Shown: positions 39,575 through 48,981 of the stretch, piece by piece | Position numbering within the stretch: position 1 is the stretch's first letter | Layout of the letters: each line of letters begins with the position of its first letter | DNA from: Nitrosomonadales bacterium | Lineage (GTDB): Bacteria; Pseudomonadota; Gammaproteobacteria; Burkholderiales; SG8-39 | Assembly (NCBI GenBank): GCA_036676355.1 | Contig: JAKFDA010000085.1 | Coordinates: 14,027-78,026, forward strand | Length of the DNA: 64,000 nucleotides | Direction: 5' to 3' | Notes under the pieces: model-generated | What the model was told of the DNA's origin: nothing | What the model saw: the letters and a program-made list of their open reading frames with translations, nothing else | The model's database searches: none | Position numbers and translations under genes: made by a program

Positions 39575-41878
39575 ATGCTCAATCCCGTAACCGGCCCGCT
39601 TCGCCACCGCGTTCTGATCGTGGACGATGATCTGGCGGAACTCGACACGGCGCTCGGTCGCGCGTCGGAAAGCCTGGCGCAGGCGCTCGAAGCGCGCAAT
39701 CTCGAAGTGGTGCGCGCGCTTTCGTGCGAGGATGGCCTGGCGGTAGTGGGTTCGGACGCATCGCTGCGCGCTGTGCTGCTCGACTGGAATGTGGGCGGCG
39801 CATCGGAGAACGCGCACGGCAAAGCGACCGCCCTGCTCTACAAGCTGCGCGAACGGCATCCGAAGGCACCCGTCTTTCTGCTGTCGGACCGCGAACAGGC
39901 GAAGGGAACGATCACGATCGAAGTCGCCGAGATGATCGACGAGTTCGTCTGGTTACTGGAAGACACTTCGGAGTTCGTGGCGGGACGGGTAATGGCGGCG
40001 ATACGCCGCTACGTGTCGCAGGTGCTGCCGCCGTTCGCGCGCGCACTGGCCGACTACGCAATGCTGCGCGAGCACTCGTGGTCTGCGCCCGGTCACCAGG
40101 GCGGCATCGCCTTTACCAAACTTCCCGTCGGGCGCGCGTTCTTCGACTTTCTGGGCGAAAACGTGTTCCGTGTCGACATGGGCATCGAACGTGGGGCGCT
40201 CGGGTCGCTGCTCGATCACACCGGGCCGGTTGCCGGCAGCGAAGCCTACGCGGCACGCGTCTTCGGCGCGCATCGCAGCTACTCGGGCATCGTCGGCACG
40301 TCGGGATCGAACCGCAGCATCATGCAGGCGTGCATGAAGGAAGGCGATCTCGTCATCCTCGATCGCAATTGCCACAAGTCCATCGAACAGGGCCTCATGC
40401 TGACCGGCGCGCGGCCGGTGTACATGGTGCCGCGACGTAATCGCTACGGCATCATCGGGCCCATCGCGCCTTCCGAGATGGTGCCTGAGACCCTTCGCGC
40501 GAAAGCGGAAGCCGGCGCCCTGACGAAGCAGATCGCCGATCAGAAACCTGTTTACGCGGTACTGACAAACAGCACGTACGACGGTCTCTGCTACAACGCG
40601 GTACGTGCACAGGCATTGCTCGAACAGTCGTGCGACCGCATTCATTTCGATGAAGCGTGGTACGGCTACGCGCGCTTCAACCCGATGTACGAAAACCACT
40701 ACGCCATGCGCGGCGATCCGGCGACGCACACCGGCCCCACGATATTCGCCACGCATTCCACGCACAAACTGCTCGCGGCGCTGTCGCAAGCGTCCTACAT
40801 CCATGTGCGCGACGGACGGGGCGCCATCGATCATCACCGCTTCAATCAGGCGTACATGATGCACACGAGCACCTCGCCGCTTTACGCCATCATCGCCTCG
40901 AACGACATCGCTTCCGCGATGATGGACGGCAGTGGCGGCCGGTCGTTGACGCAGGAGGCGATCCGGGAGGCCGTCGATTTCCGCCAAGTCCTGACGCGCG
41001 TGCTGCGCACGTTCAACGACAAGAACGACTGGTTCTTCAAACCGTGGAACGTCGAGACGGTGAGGGATCCGTCCGGCGGGCGCGAAGTGTCGTTCGCGGA
41101 TGCGCCTGCCGAACTGCTATGTGACAGTCAGGAGCCGTGGAAGCTGCGCTCCGGCGACACATGGCACGGATTCAGCGACATCGCCAACGACTGGTGCATG
41201 CTCGATCCGATCAAGGTCAGCATCCTGACGCCCGGCATGGGCGAGGATGGCGAACTGGAACGGACCGGCGTACCGGCGGCGCTCGTCAACGCCTACTTCA
41301 ACCGCTTCGGCATTGTGCCGACACGCGTCACCGACTTCCAGGTGATGTTCCTGTTCTCGATCGGCATCACCAAAGGCAAGTGGGGCACGCTGCTGACCAA
41401 TCTGCTCGCCTTCAAGCGCCACTACGACGGCAACTCGCCAGTCGCCGAAGTGCTGCCCGAGATCGCCACGCTCTATCCCGAGCGTTATCGCGACACCGGT
41501 CTGCACGATCTGGGCGATCAGCTGTTCGAGTATCTGCGCGAGAACCGTCCCGACCGATTACTGAATGCGGCCTACGAAACCATCCCGCACGCCGACATGA
41601 CGCCGCGACACGCATACGAGCGTCTCGTCGCCGGCGACGCGGAGCCGGTGCCGATCGAGGCGCTGATGAATCGCACAGCGGCCAACGCCGTCATGCCCTA
41701 CCCGCCCGGCATCCCGATGCTGATGTCCGGAGAAAACTTCGGCGGCTCCGATTCGCCACAGATTGGCTACCTCGCCGGCCTGCAGGACCGTGAACAGCGC
41801 TTTCCCGGCTTTGCGCATGTCACCGAAGGCATCGAAATGATCAACGGAACATACCACGTGCTGTGCGTGCAGAAATGA
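39575..41878 (+). CDS. adiA: Biodegradative-type arginine decarboxylase
   Basis: 767 aa. ATHSTHKLLAALSQASYIHVRDGRGAIDHHRFNQAYMMHTSTSPLYAIIASND, WFFKPWN, DPIKVSILTPGMGEDGELERTGVPAALV, PYPPGIPMLMSGENFG and C-terminal YHVLCVQK parallel E. coli AdiA almost motif for motif. Confidence 0.9.
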   Translation: MLNPVTGPLRHRVLIVDDDLAELDTALGRASESLAQALEARNLEVVRALSCEDGLAVVGSDASLRAVLLDWNVGGASENAHGKATALLYKLRERHPKAPVFLLSDREQAKGTITIEVAEMIDEFVWLLEDTSEFVAGRVMAAIRRYVSQVLPPFARALADYAMLREHSWSAPGHQGGIAFTKLPVGRAFFDFLGENVFRVDMGIERGALGSLLDHTGPVAGSEAYAARVFGAHRSYSGIVGTSGSNRSIMQACMKEGDLVILDRNCHKSIEQGLMLTGARPVYMVPRRNRYGIIGPIAPSEMVPETLRAKAEAGALTKQIADQKPVYAVLTNSTYDGLCYNAVRAQALLEQSCDRIHFDEAWYGYARFNPMYENHYAMRGDPATHTGPTIFATHSTHKLLAALSQASYIHVRDGRGAIDHHRFNQAYMMHTSTSPLYAIIASNDIASAMMDGSGGRSLTQEAIREAVDFRQVLTRVLRTFNDKNDWFFKPWNVETVRDPSGGREVSFADAPAELLCDSQEPWKLRSGDTWHGFSDIANDWCMLDPIKVSILTPGMGEDGELERTGVPAALVNAYFNRFGIVPTRVTDFQVMFLFSIGITKGKWGTLLTNLLAFKRHYDGNSPVAEVLPEIATLYPERYRDTGLHDLGDQLFEYLRENRPDRLLNAAYETIPHADMTPRHAYERLVAGDAEPVPIEALMNRTAANAVMPYPPGIPMLMSGENFGGSDSPQIGYLAGLQDREQRFPGFAHVTEGIEMINGTYHVLCVQK

Positions 41879-41917
41879 TCCCGCGCACCTAGCCATAACG
41901 CCGCGACGAGGCTCCTC

Positions 41918-43300
41918 ATGGAAACCCGCAAAAAGATGAACCTGATGCAGCTCACCGTACTGGTGGCTGTGAACATGATGGGCTCGGGCATCATCATGCT
42001 GCCGACGAACATGGCACAGGTCGGCGCGATCTCGCTGTTGTCGTGGATCGTCACGGCACTGGGCTCCATGGCGATCGCCTACGGCTTCGCGCAGGCGGGA
42101 CTGTTCAATCCTCGCCCGGGCGGCATGGCGGCATACGCCGAGGACGCCTACGGCAAACCGGGCTACTTCATCGTCTTCCTGCTGTATTTCTTTTCGCTGG
42201 CCATCGGCAACGTCGCCATCGCCATTTCGGCGGTGGGCTACCTCGCGACGTTCATGCCGTGGCTGTCTTCCACGCCAATCGCCACTTGCGTCGGCGTCAT
42301 CGTGCTGATCTGGCTGACGACCGTCGCGAACTTCGGCGGCCCTTCCATCACCGGGCGCATCGGTCAGGTCACGGTATGGGGCGTGATCATTCCGGTAGCC
42401 GGCCTGTCGATCATCGGCTGGTTCTGGTTCAGCGGCGAAACCTTCTCGCAGGCGTGGAATCCGCACAACAAGAGTGTACTCGAGGGCATGGGTTCGAGCA
42501 TCGCCCTGACGTTGTGGGCGTTCCTCGGCATGGAATCGGCGGCGCAGAACTCCGACGCGGTGGAAAATCCAAAACGCAATGTGCCGCTCGCCTGCATGCT
42601 GGGCACGCTCGGCGCGGCGGTGATCTACGTGTTGTCGACTACCGTGATCCAGGGGATTGTGCCGAACGCCGAGCTGGCTAATTCGACGGGCCCCTTCGGG
42701 CTCGCGTACGCGAAAATGTTCAACCCCGCGATCGGCTCCATCATCATGGCACTGGCGATCCTCGCATGCCTCGGCTCGCTGCTCGGCTGGCAGTTCACCA
42801 TTTCGCAGACAGCGAAAACCGCCGCCGGCGAACGCATGTTCCCCGCGTTCTTCGCCAAGGAGAACAGCATGGGCGCGCCGATCATGGGCCTGACGGTGAT
42901 GGGCGTGGTGCAGACGGTGATGGCGCTGACCACGATCTCGCCGACTCTGAGCGAGCAGTTCGGCGCGCTCGTCAGTCTGGCCGTGGTGACTAACGTGCTG
43001 CCCTACATCATCGCGCTGTCCGCGCTCGCCGTGATGATGCGAACGGTCGGGGTCGCGCAGAACGTGTACAACCGCAACATCGCCGTCGCGATCGTCGCGA
43101 TGCTTTACTCCACATATGCCATTTACGCGTCCGGCAAGGACGCGGTTCTCGGCGGCATGATCGTGCTGGCGATCGCGTTCATCATCTACGGATTCCTCGC
43201 CCCCAGATTTGTATCGGCCACGCCCGTGCGCGGGGCCGCCCCTGCACCGAAGGAGACACAATGGACGCCCTATCCTACCGACACAGCCGGTCAGCATTAG
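41918..43300 (+). CDS. potE: APC-family basic amino acid/polyamine antiporter, PotE-like
   Basis: 460 aa. MNLMQLTVLVAVNMMGSGIIMLPTNMAQVGAISLLSWIVTALGSMA, FGGPSITGRIGQVTVWGVIIPVAGLSIIGWFWFS and ENPKRNVPLA are much closer to my memory of PotE than of AdiC or CadB. Confidence 0.85.
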   Translation: METRKKMNLMQLTVLVAVNMMGSGIIMLPTNMAQVGAISLLSWIVTALGSMAIAYGFAQAGLFNPRPGGMAAYAEDAYGKPGYFIVFLLYFFSLAIGNVAIAISAVGYLATFMPWLSSTPIATCVGVIVLIWLTTVANFGGPSITGRIGQVTVWGVIIPVAGLSIIGWFWFSGETFSQAWNPHNKSVLEGMGSSIALTLWAFLGMESAAQNSDAVENPKRNVPLACMLGTLGAAVIYVLSTTVIQGIVPNAELANSTGPFGLAYAKMFNPAIGSIIMALAILACLGSLLGWQFTISQTAKTAAGERMFPAFFAKENSMGAPIMGLTVMGVVQTVMALTTISPTLSEQFGALVSLAVVTNVLPYIIALSALAVMMRTVGVAQNVYNRNIAVAIVAMLYSTYAIYASGKDAVLGGMIVLAIAFIIYGFLAPRFVSATPVRGAAPAPKETQWTPYPTDTAGQH

Positions 43301-44199
43301 GACGCGTGGCCGCAGGCGTGATCGCGGCATCACTAGCGTTGCTCGCCGCGCTGCCGGCGTCCGCGCAGACAATCGATCGCATCAAGCAGTCCGGCAAGAT
43401 GACGCTCGGCTACAGCGTCCAGGCGCGACCCTTTTCCTATAACGACGCGGCCGGCAATCCCATCGGCTACACCATCGAGCTGTGCCAGAAAATCGTGGAC
43501 GCCGCGCGAGCGGACCTCGGCGTGCAGCAACTGGCCGTCACGTTCGTTCCGGTCACGCTGGCCAATGCGTTGAGCGCAGTGCAACAAGGCCAGGTCGACC
43601 TGCTCTGCGACCCGCACATTGCAACCGTGGCGTCGCGTAAGCAGGTTTCGTATTCGATCTCGGTCTTTCCCAGCGGCGTCGGCGTGCTGGTGCATCGGAA
43701 CGCCTCGGCCCGGCTTACGGAGGTCCTATCCGGGCGCGAGCCGCCCCGGCGGCCGCAATGGCGGGCAAGCGCCTATCAGACGCTGCAGCAGAGCACCCTC
43801 GCCGTGGTGAGCGGTTCGCCGACCGAACGCCTCGTGAACGAACGGATGAAGGAGCTTCAACTGAACGCGAAGGTGGTCCCGGTGATCGATTTCGTCAACG
43901 GCGTCGCACAGGTCGCGGACCGGCGCGTCGATGCGTTCTTCGGCGACAAGGCACTGCTGCTCGATACGGCCAAGCGCAGCAAGGCGGCTGCGGATCTGCT
44001 GGTGCTGGACCGCTACTTTTCCTATCAGGCGGGTGCATTGGCGCTGGCGCGTGACGACAACGACTTCCGTCTTTTAGTCGATCGTGCATTGAGCCATCTG
44101 TTCTTTTCCGGCGAGTGGGGCGATATCTACTCCAAGTGGTTCGGCCCGCCCAACGAAGGCACGCTGAACTTTTTCCAACTGAACGTATTGCGCGAGTGA
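43261..44199 (+). CDS. Periplasmic amino-acid-binding protein (SBP_bac_3 family), no cognate permease or ATPase nearby
   Basis: 312 aa. Signal peptide ...LLAALPASAQ, IDRIKQSGKMTLGY, typical type-3 SBP. ATG 43261 overlaps potE by 40 nt. An in-frame GTG at 43306 is an alternative start. Confidence 0.75.
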   Translation: MDALSYRHSRSALGRVAAGVIAASLALLAALPASAQTIDRIKQSGKMTLGYSVQARPFSYNDAAGNPIGYTIELCQKIVDAARADLGVQQLAVTFVPVTLANALSAVQQGQVDLLCDPHIATVASRKQVSYSISVFPSGVGVLVHRNASARLTEVLSGREPPRRPQWRASAYQTLQQSTLAVVSGSPTERLVNERMKELQLNAKVVPVIDFVNGVAQVADRRVDAFFGDKALLLDTAKRSKAAADLLVLDRYFSYQAGALALARDDNDFRLLVDRALSHLFFSGEWGDIYSKWFGPPNEGTLNFFQLNVLRE

Positions 44200-44229
44200 A
44201 GTCGACCCACGCTTGAGAGGCCGCCCATC

Positions 44230-45558
44230 ATGTCCGCCGCGATAATTCATTGCCTGCGCGCATGGGTCTGCATTTTTGCGCTGTGCTGGATCGGGACAGC
44301 CGCCGCGCAGGAGACGCCGCCCGCTTTTACGCAGGCACAGATCGATCAACTCGTCGCGCCCATTGCGCTCTATCCCGACACCCTGCTCTCGCAGGTGCTC
44401 ATGGCGGCGACCTATCCCGCGGACGTCGCCACGGCCGCGAAATGGGTGAAGGCGCATCCCGATCAGAAGGGCGACCAGGCGGTGCGCGCCGCCGAGAACG
44501 AGTCATGGGATCCAAGCGTGAAAGCGCTGGTCGCGTTTCCGCAGGTGCTGCACATGATGGGCGAGCAGCCCGAGTGGGTGCAGCAACTCGGCGACGCTTT
44601 TCTCGCTTCGTCAAGGCAGGTACTGGACTCGGCGCAGCGGCTGCGCGCGCAGGCGCAGGAAGCCGGCAATCTGAAGAGCACCGAGCAGCAGAAGGTGGTC
44701 GTCGAAGCGTCGCCGCAGGCGCCCGCCACGCAGGTCATCAAGATCGAGCCCGCGGACCCGCAAGTGGTCTACGTGCCGACCTACAACCCGACCGTGGTGT
44801 ACGGCACGTGGCCCTATCCGGCTTATCCGCCCTACTACTATCCCCCGCCGCCGGCCTACTACCCGGGCTACGCGCTGGCATCGGGTCTCGCGTTCGGAGT
44901 GGGCGTGGGCATCACCGCCGCGTTGTGGAGCGATTGCGACTGGGGCGGCGGCGATGTCGATATCGACGTCAACCGCTACAACGAAATCAATCGCAACGCA
45001 CAGATCGACCGCAGCAAGACCAAGTTCGAGCACAACGCCCAGAACAGGCGCGGCGTGCCCTACCGCGACGCCAAGAGCCGCGAGCAATACGGCAAGAGCA
45101 TCGGCGGCGCGACGGAGCGCGCAAGTTACCGCGGGCATGATCCGGCGCGCGAATCACAGCGGCAGCGTGCGCAGGCCTCGCTGCAAGAGCGCGGCATGGA
45201 TCCGGCAGCTCAGCGAGAGCAACTGCGCAGCGACCCGCAGGCACGCGAACGCGCGCAAACCGCCGCACGCAGCGGCGGCGAACGCGCGCGCGCGAGCGGA
45301 ACGAACGGGCTGCAGCAGTCGGCGCGCGCGGACTTCGACCGCAGCGGCGCGGCCGACACCCGCCAGTCTTCCTATGCGCGAGGCAGCGGCGATAGCGCAT
45401 TGCGCGACGCGGGCAGCGGCCGCGAGGCGCGACAGCAATTCGATCGCGGTGCGTCCAGCCGCCAGACCATAGCTTCGCGCGACGGAGGCGGCAGCTTCTC
45501 CGGCCGCGCGGGTGGCGGCGGGCGTGCCGGCGGTGGCGGCCGGGGTGGCCGCCGTTGA
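44230..45558 (+). CDS. DUF3300-like secreted protein
   Basis: 442 aa. QIDQLVAPIALYPDTLLSQVLMAATYPADVATAAKW plus a second similar repeat (ALVAFPQVLHMM). Tyr/Pro-rich segment, long Arg/Gln/Gly-rich tail ending GGGRAGGGGRGGRR. Confidence 0.7.
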   Translation: MSAAIIHCLRAWVCIFALCWIGTAAAQETPPAFTQAQIDQLVAPIALYPDTLLSQVLMAATYPADVATAAKWVKAHPDQKGDQAVRAAENESWDPSVKALVAFPQVLHMMGEQPEWVQQLGDAFLASSRQVLDSAQRLRAQAQEAGNLKSTEQQKVVVEASPQAPATQVIKIEPADPQVVYVPTYNPTVVYGTWPYPAYPPYYYPPPPAYYPGYALASGLAFGVGVGITAALWSDCDWGGGDVDIDVNRYNEINRNAQIDRSKTKFEHNAQNRRGVPYRDAKSREQYGKSIGGATERASYRGHDPARESQRQRAQASLQERGMDPAAQREQLRSDPQARERAQTAARSGGERARASGTNGLQQSARADFDRSGAADTRQSSYARGSGDSALRDAGSGREARQQFDRGASSRQTIASRDGGGSFSGRAGGGGRAGGGGRGGRR

Positions 45559-45570
45559 GGAGGCAATGAG

Positions 45571-46479
45571 ATGAGCCCGATGCGGTGTTCACGCTCGCTG
45601 GTCGTCGTGCTCTGCGCGATGCTGCTGCCTGGCGCGGCTGCCGCGCAGAAGGCTTACCCCACTGCGGAGGCGGCGGCCGATGCGTTCGTCGACAGCATCG
45701 CCACATCCGACGACGCCGCGCTGCGCGAAGTACTGGGCGTCGACTGGAAGCGCTTCATTCCCACCGACGAACTGCATCGCGAGGACATTTACAAGTTCCT
45801 CGCCGCCTGGGCGGCTGCGCACCGGGTGGAAAGCGGGCGCGAGAATCGGACGCATCTGATCGTCGGCAAAGAGGACTGGACACTGCCCATCCCGATCGTC
45901 AGGCAGGCGAACGGCTGGCGCTTCGACACGCGCGCGGGCGCCGACGAGATGCGCACGCGACGCATCGGGCGCAACGAACTCGCTGCGATGCAGGCCGTCC
46001 TCGCGTACTACGATGCGCAGAAGGATTACGCGAGCGTGGATCGCGTGGGCGGCGGCGTATTGCAGTATGCGCAGAAATTCATGAGTGCCCCCGGCAAGCG
46101 CGACGGTCTGTATTGGGCTGCGGAAACCGGCGAGCCGCCAAGCCCGCTCGGTTCGCTGTTCGCCGATCTGAAACCCGGCGAGGGTTACCACGGCTACCGC
46201 TACAAGATCCTCAAGGCGCAGGGCAAGGGTGCACCCGGAGGCGCTTACGACTATGTGATCAAGGGACGCATGACCGGCGGCTTTGCGCTCGTGGCATGGC
46301 CGATCCGCTACGGCGACACCGGCGTGACGAGCTTCATGCTCAGTCACGACGGCGAACTGTACGAGAAAGACCTGGGTGAGAATTCGGCGCTCATCGCGAG
46401 CGCAATGAAGCGCTTCGATCCAGATGCAAGCTGGCGGAGCGTGGAAATGCCCCAACCGAGCGCGGGCGCCAGCAAGTGA
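45571..46479 (+). CDS. DUF2950-like secreted protein
   Basis: 302 aa. Signal peptide. Usual partner of DUF3300 genes. ...GYHGYRYKILKAQGKGAPGGAYDY...GGFALVAWPIRYGDTGVTSFMLSHDG pattern. Confidence 0.65.
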   Translation: MSPMRCSRSLVVVLCAMLLPGAAAAQKAYPTAEAAADAFVDSIATSDDAALREVLGVDWKRFIPTDELHREDIYKFLAAWAAAHRVESGRENRTHLIVGKEDWTLPIPIVRQANGWRFDTRAGADEMRTRRIGRNELAAMQAVLAYYDAQKDYASVDRVGGGVLQYAQKFMSAPGKRDGLYWAAETGEPPSPLGSLFADLKPGEGYHGYRYKILKAQGKGAPGGAYDYVIKGRMTGGFALVAWPIRYGDTGVTSFMLSHDGELYEKDLGENSALIASAMKRFDPDASWRSVEMPQPSAGASK

Positions 46480-46529
46480 TGCGCTGCGCTACGTGCGCAT
46501 TCGGCGCGCGCTCGGTCGAGACTCATGAT

Positions 46530-46919
46530 TCAATCGTTCGGCGCCTCGCATCCTCCAAGAATCCATGAGATGGCATCGAGCAGCGCCTGATCGTCAACCG
46601 GTTTACGCAGAAAGAACATAGCGCCCTGAGCGCGCGCGCGATCGCGTATCTCGTCGTCGTCGCGCGCGGACAAGGCAATGACCGGAAGACGAAGACCGCG
46701 CGCGTTTATCATGGCTTGCACTTCAAGGCCGTTAAGGCGCGGCAGCGTCATGTCGAGCAATACGCAGCCTCTCGAATGGATTGTCACGTCATCGAGAAAG
46801 CTCTGCGCATCCGAATAGGCCTGCGCCGGCAGTTCGGCCGCGCGCATCAGGCGCATCAACCCGTTACGGACCGATTGATCGTCTTCGATGATGTAGATCA
46901 GGGGTTGGGAGGCGCTCAC
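46530..46919 (-). CDS. Single-domain response regulator (receiver only)
   Basis: 129 aa. IYIIEDD...VLLDMTLP...ALSA...FLRKP is the CheY-like residue set. Confidence 0.8.
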   Translation of the reverse strand: MSASQPLIYIIEDDQSVRNGLMRLMRAAELPAQAYSDAQSFLDDVTIHSRGCVLLDMTLPRLNGLEVQAMINARGLRLPVIALSARDDDEIRDRARAQGAMFFLRKPVDDQALLDAISWILGGCEAPND

Positions 46920-46988
46920 GATGGAACCTGAAGCGGTGTGCGGTTAACGCTACGCGCTTCGGCTCACCATCAATATTGGACTATGGTC

Positions 46989-47702
46989 CTAGGCGCTGTG
47001 GCGCCTGGCCATCCGCTCGACGTCGCCGTTTCGCATGTAGCCCGATGCCCTCGGAAAGGCGTTTGTCGTGGAGGCGCCGGCGTCGGCGCAGATCAGCACC
47101 AGGCCGGCGACGGTGGAGGCTTCAGTCTTTTCCATGACGCGGCTGCGATGCGCCTTCACGGTCTTCTCGGCAATGCCGAGATCCGCCGCGATCTGCTTGT
47201 TGAGCTTGCCAAGCAGGACGCCATGCAGCACATCCCGCTCCCTGCGCGAAAGCGTTGCAAGTTTGCGCTGCGCCGATGCTTTCGATTCTTCCGCGCCCCT
47301 CGTTTCGCGATAACGCGCAATCGCAGCACGTATGGTTCGCAGCAACAGGTCGTCATCGACGGGTTTGAGCAGAAAATCGACCGCCCCATGTTTCATCGCA
47401 TCGACACTGCTCGGCACGTCGCCGAATCCGGTGAGGAACACGACCGGCAGGCGGCATTGCCGCTCGCGCATGCGTGCGAATGCGCACAATCCGTTCACGC
47501 CGGCCATCTGCAGATCGAGGAGCACACATCCGATGTCGTCGGGCCGTATGGCGTCAAGAAAATCCTCGGCGGACGCGTAGCTTTGCGCCGTCCATCCTGC
47601 GGAACGCATCAGCCGTTCGAGGCTCGCGCGCACGCTCTCGTCGTCGTCAACGATGAAAACGGTTTCCGTATCAATCGGCTTTCGTAGCGGATCCGTCGAC
47701 AT
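46989..47702 (-). CDS. FixJ/NarL-family response regulator (REC plus LuxR HTH)
   Basis: Track ORF trimmed to ATG 47702 (MSTDPLRKPIDTETVFIVDDDESVR). LLDLQMAGVNG. HTH LSRRERDVLHGVLLGKLNKQIAADLGIAEKTVKAHRSRVMEK. Confidence 0.85.
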   Translation of the reverse strand: MSTDPLRKPIDTETVFIVDDDESVRASLERLMRSAGWTAQSYASAEDFLDAIRPDDIGCVLLDLQMAGVNGLCAFARMRERQCRLPVVFLTGFGDVPSSVDAMKHGAVDFLLKPVDDDLLLRTIRAAIARYRETRGAEESKASAQRKLATLSRRERDVLHGVLLGKLNKQIAADLGIAEKTVKAHRSRVMEKTEASTVAGLVLICADAGASTTNAFPRASGYMRNGDVERMARRHSA

Positions 47703-48981
47703 GGGGAGTCTCCTTCGGCAGATTGAAACGGAAGATCGCGCCGCCTTGCGGATCGATCTCGGCCCAGATGGCGCCATGATGAGCGTCGATGATGGAGCGG
47801 CATACCGGAAGGCCCAATCCCATCCCTTGCGTTTTAGTCGTCCAGAACGGCTCGAATATTTTTTCCAACCTTTCCGGCGTGAGCTGGTTGCCGGAGTCGT
47901 GCACCGAGCAATGAAACGACGCGTCGCTGCGCACTTCCACAAACAATCGTCTGTCTTCCTCACCCGTGCCTTGCATCGCTTCCAGCGCGTTGATGATCAG
48001 GTTGATGAGCACCTGCTGCATTTGCGCCCTGTCGACATGCACCAGGCAGCCCGGCTCGAGCGCGGCCCGCACGTCCACGCGCTGCGCCTGGGTATTCATG
48101 TTCAGCATGGCGAGAACCTCCTGCACAAGCTGAGACATGTCCACCCATTCACGCTCGCTCTGGCGCTTGCGCATCATGGCGCGCAATCCGCTGATAATCG
48201 CCCCGGCGCGCTTATCGTCGCGCACGATATCCTGCAGGATGGCTGCGATGTCGTTGCCGGCATCCTGTTGCCGCGCGAGGAAGCGCAATCCGGCCTGCGC
48301 ATTCGCGAGTATCGCGGCCAACGGTTGGGTCAGCTCATGCGCCAGCGAGGCAGCAAGCTCGCCCGCCACGCCGATGCGCGCCAGGCGCATGAGTTGTTCC
48401 TGCATGCACTGCTGCATCAGCCAGCTCTCCTGCCGTGCGAGAGCACTGGCCAGTATGCTGCCGAACAACTGCATGCGGGTAATGACTTCGTAGGACCATG
48501 TGCGCGGCGCACGGACCGTGGAAACGGAGAACGCCCCGATCACGGTGCCATCCGCGATCAGCGGCACGGATAACAGCGATCGCACGCCCAACCGCTCGTA
48601 GTCCGCATGATCCGCGGCGGCGGCGTCAGGCAGGTCTTCGAGCGAGTCGAATATGACCGGACTGCCGTGTCGCAGCATGGCGTAACTCCAGGGGAACACG
48701 CCCTCATAGCCTTTGCGGTGGATCTCCTTGCGCCCGGGCCTCGCCCATGTGTGCGAGACAAAGAACTCGGTCTTGTTGAGAATTTTGACGACTGAACTGC
48801 GGTCGGCGCCGAGATGCAGCACCAGTCGGCTCAACCAGTGCTCGATTTCGCTATCCACGTCGGCAGGTGATACGCGTACGAAGGCCTGGGCGAATTCCGC
48901 GACGAAATGCTCCGAGCTTAGCGGGGGATTACCGGTGTCGTCCTGAATAACGGCAGCCGGCTTGATCGAGTGTGATCGCAT
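47671..48981 (-). CDS. Cytoplasmic GAF-domain sensor histidine kinase
   Basis: 436 aa, no TM. GAF-like N-half (...SLLSVPLIADGTVIGAFSV), H-box LAHELTQPL, N box NLIINALEA, G boxes DSGNQL / GMGLGL. 32-nt overlap with the regulator gene. Confidence 0.85.
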   Translation of the reverse strand: MRSHSIKPAAVIQDDTGNPPLSSEHFVAEFAQAFVRVSPADVDSEIEHWLSRLVLHLGADRSSVVKILNKTEFFVSHTWARPGRKEIHRKGYEGVFPWSYAMLRHGSPVIFDSLEDLPDAAAADHADYERLGVRSLLSVPLIADGTVIGAFSVSTVRAPRTWSYEVITRMQLFGSILASALARQESWLMQQCMQEQLMRLARIGVAGELAASLAHELTQPLAAILANAQAGLRFLARQQDAGNDIAAILQDIVRDDKRAGAIISGLRAMMRKRQSEREWVDMSQLVQEVLAMLNMNTQAQRVDVRAALEPGCLVHVDRAQMQQVLINLIINALEAMQGTGEEDRRLFVEVRSDASFHCSVHDSGNQLTPERLEKIFEPFWTTKTQGMGLGLPVCRSIIDAHHGAIWAEIDPQGGAIFRFNLPKETPHVDGSATKAD

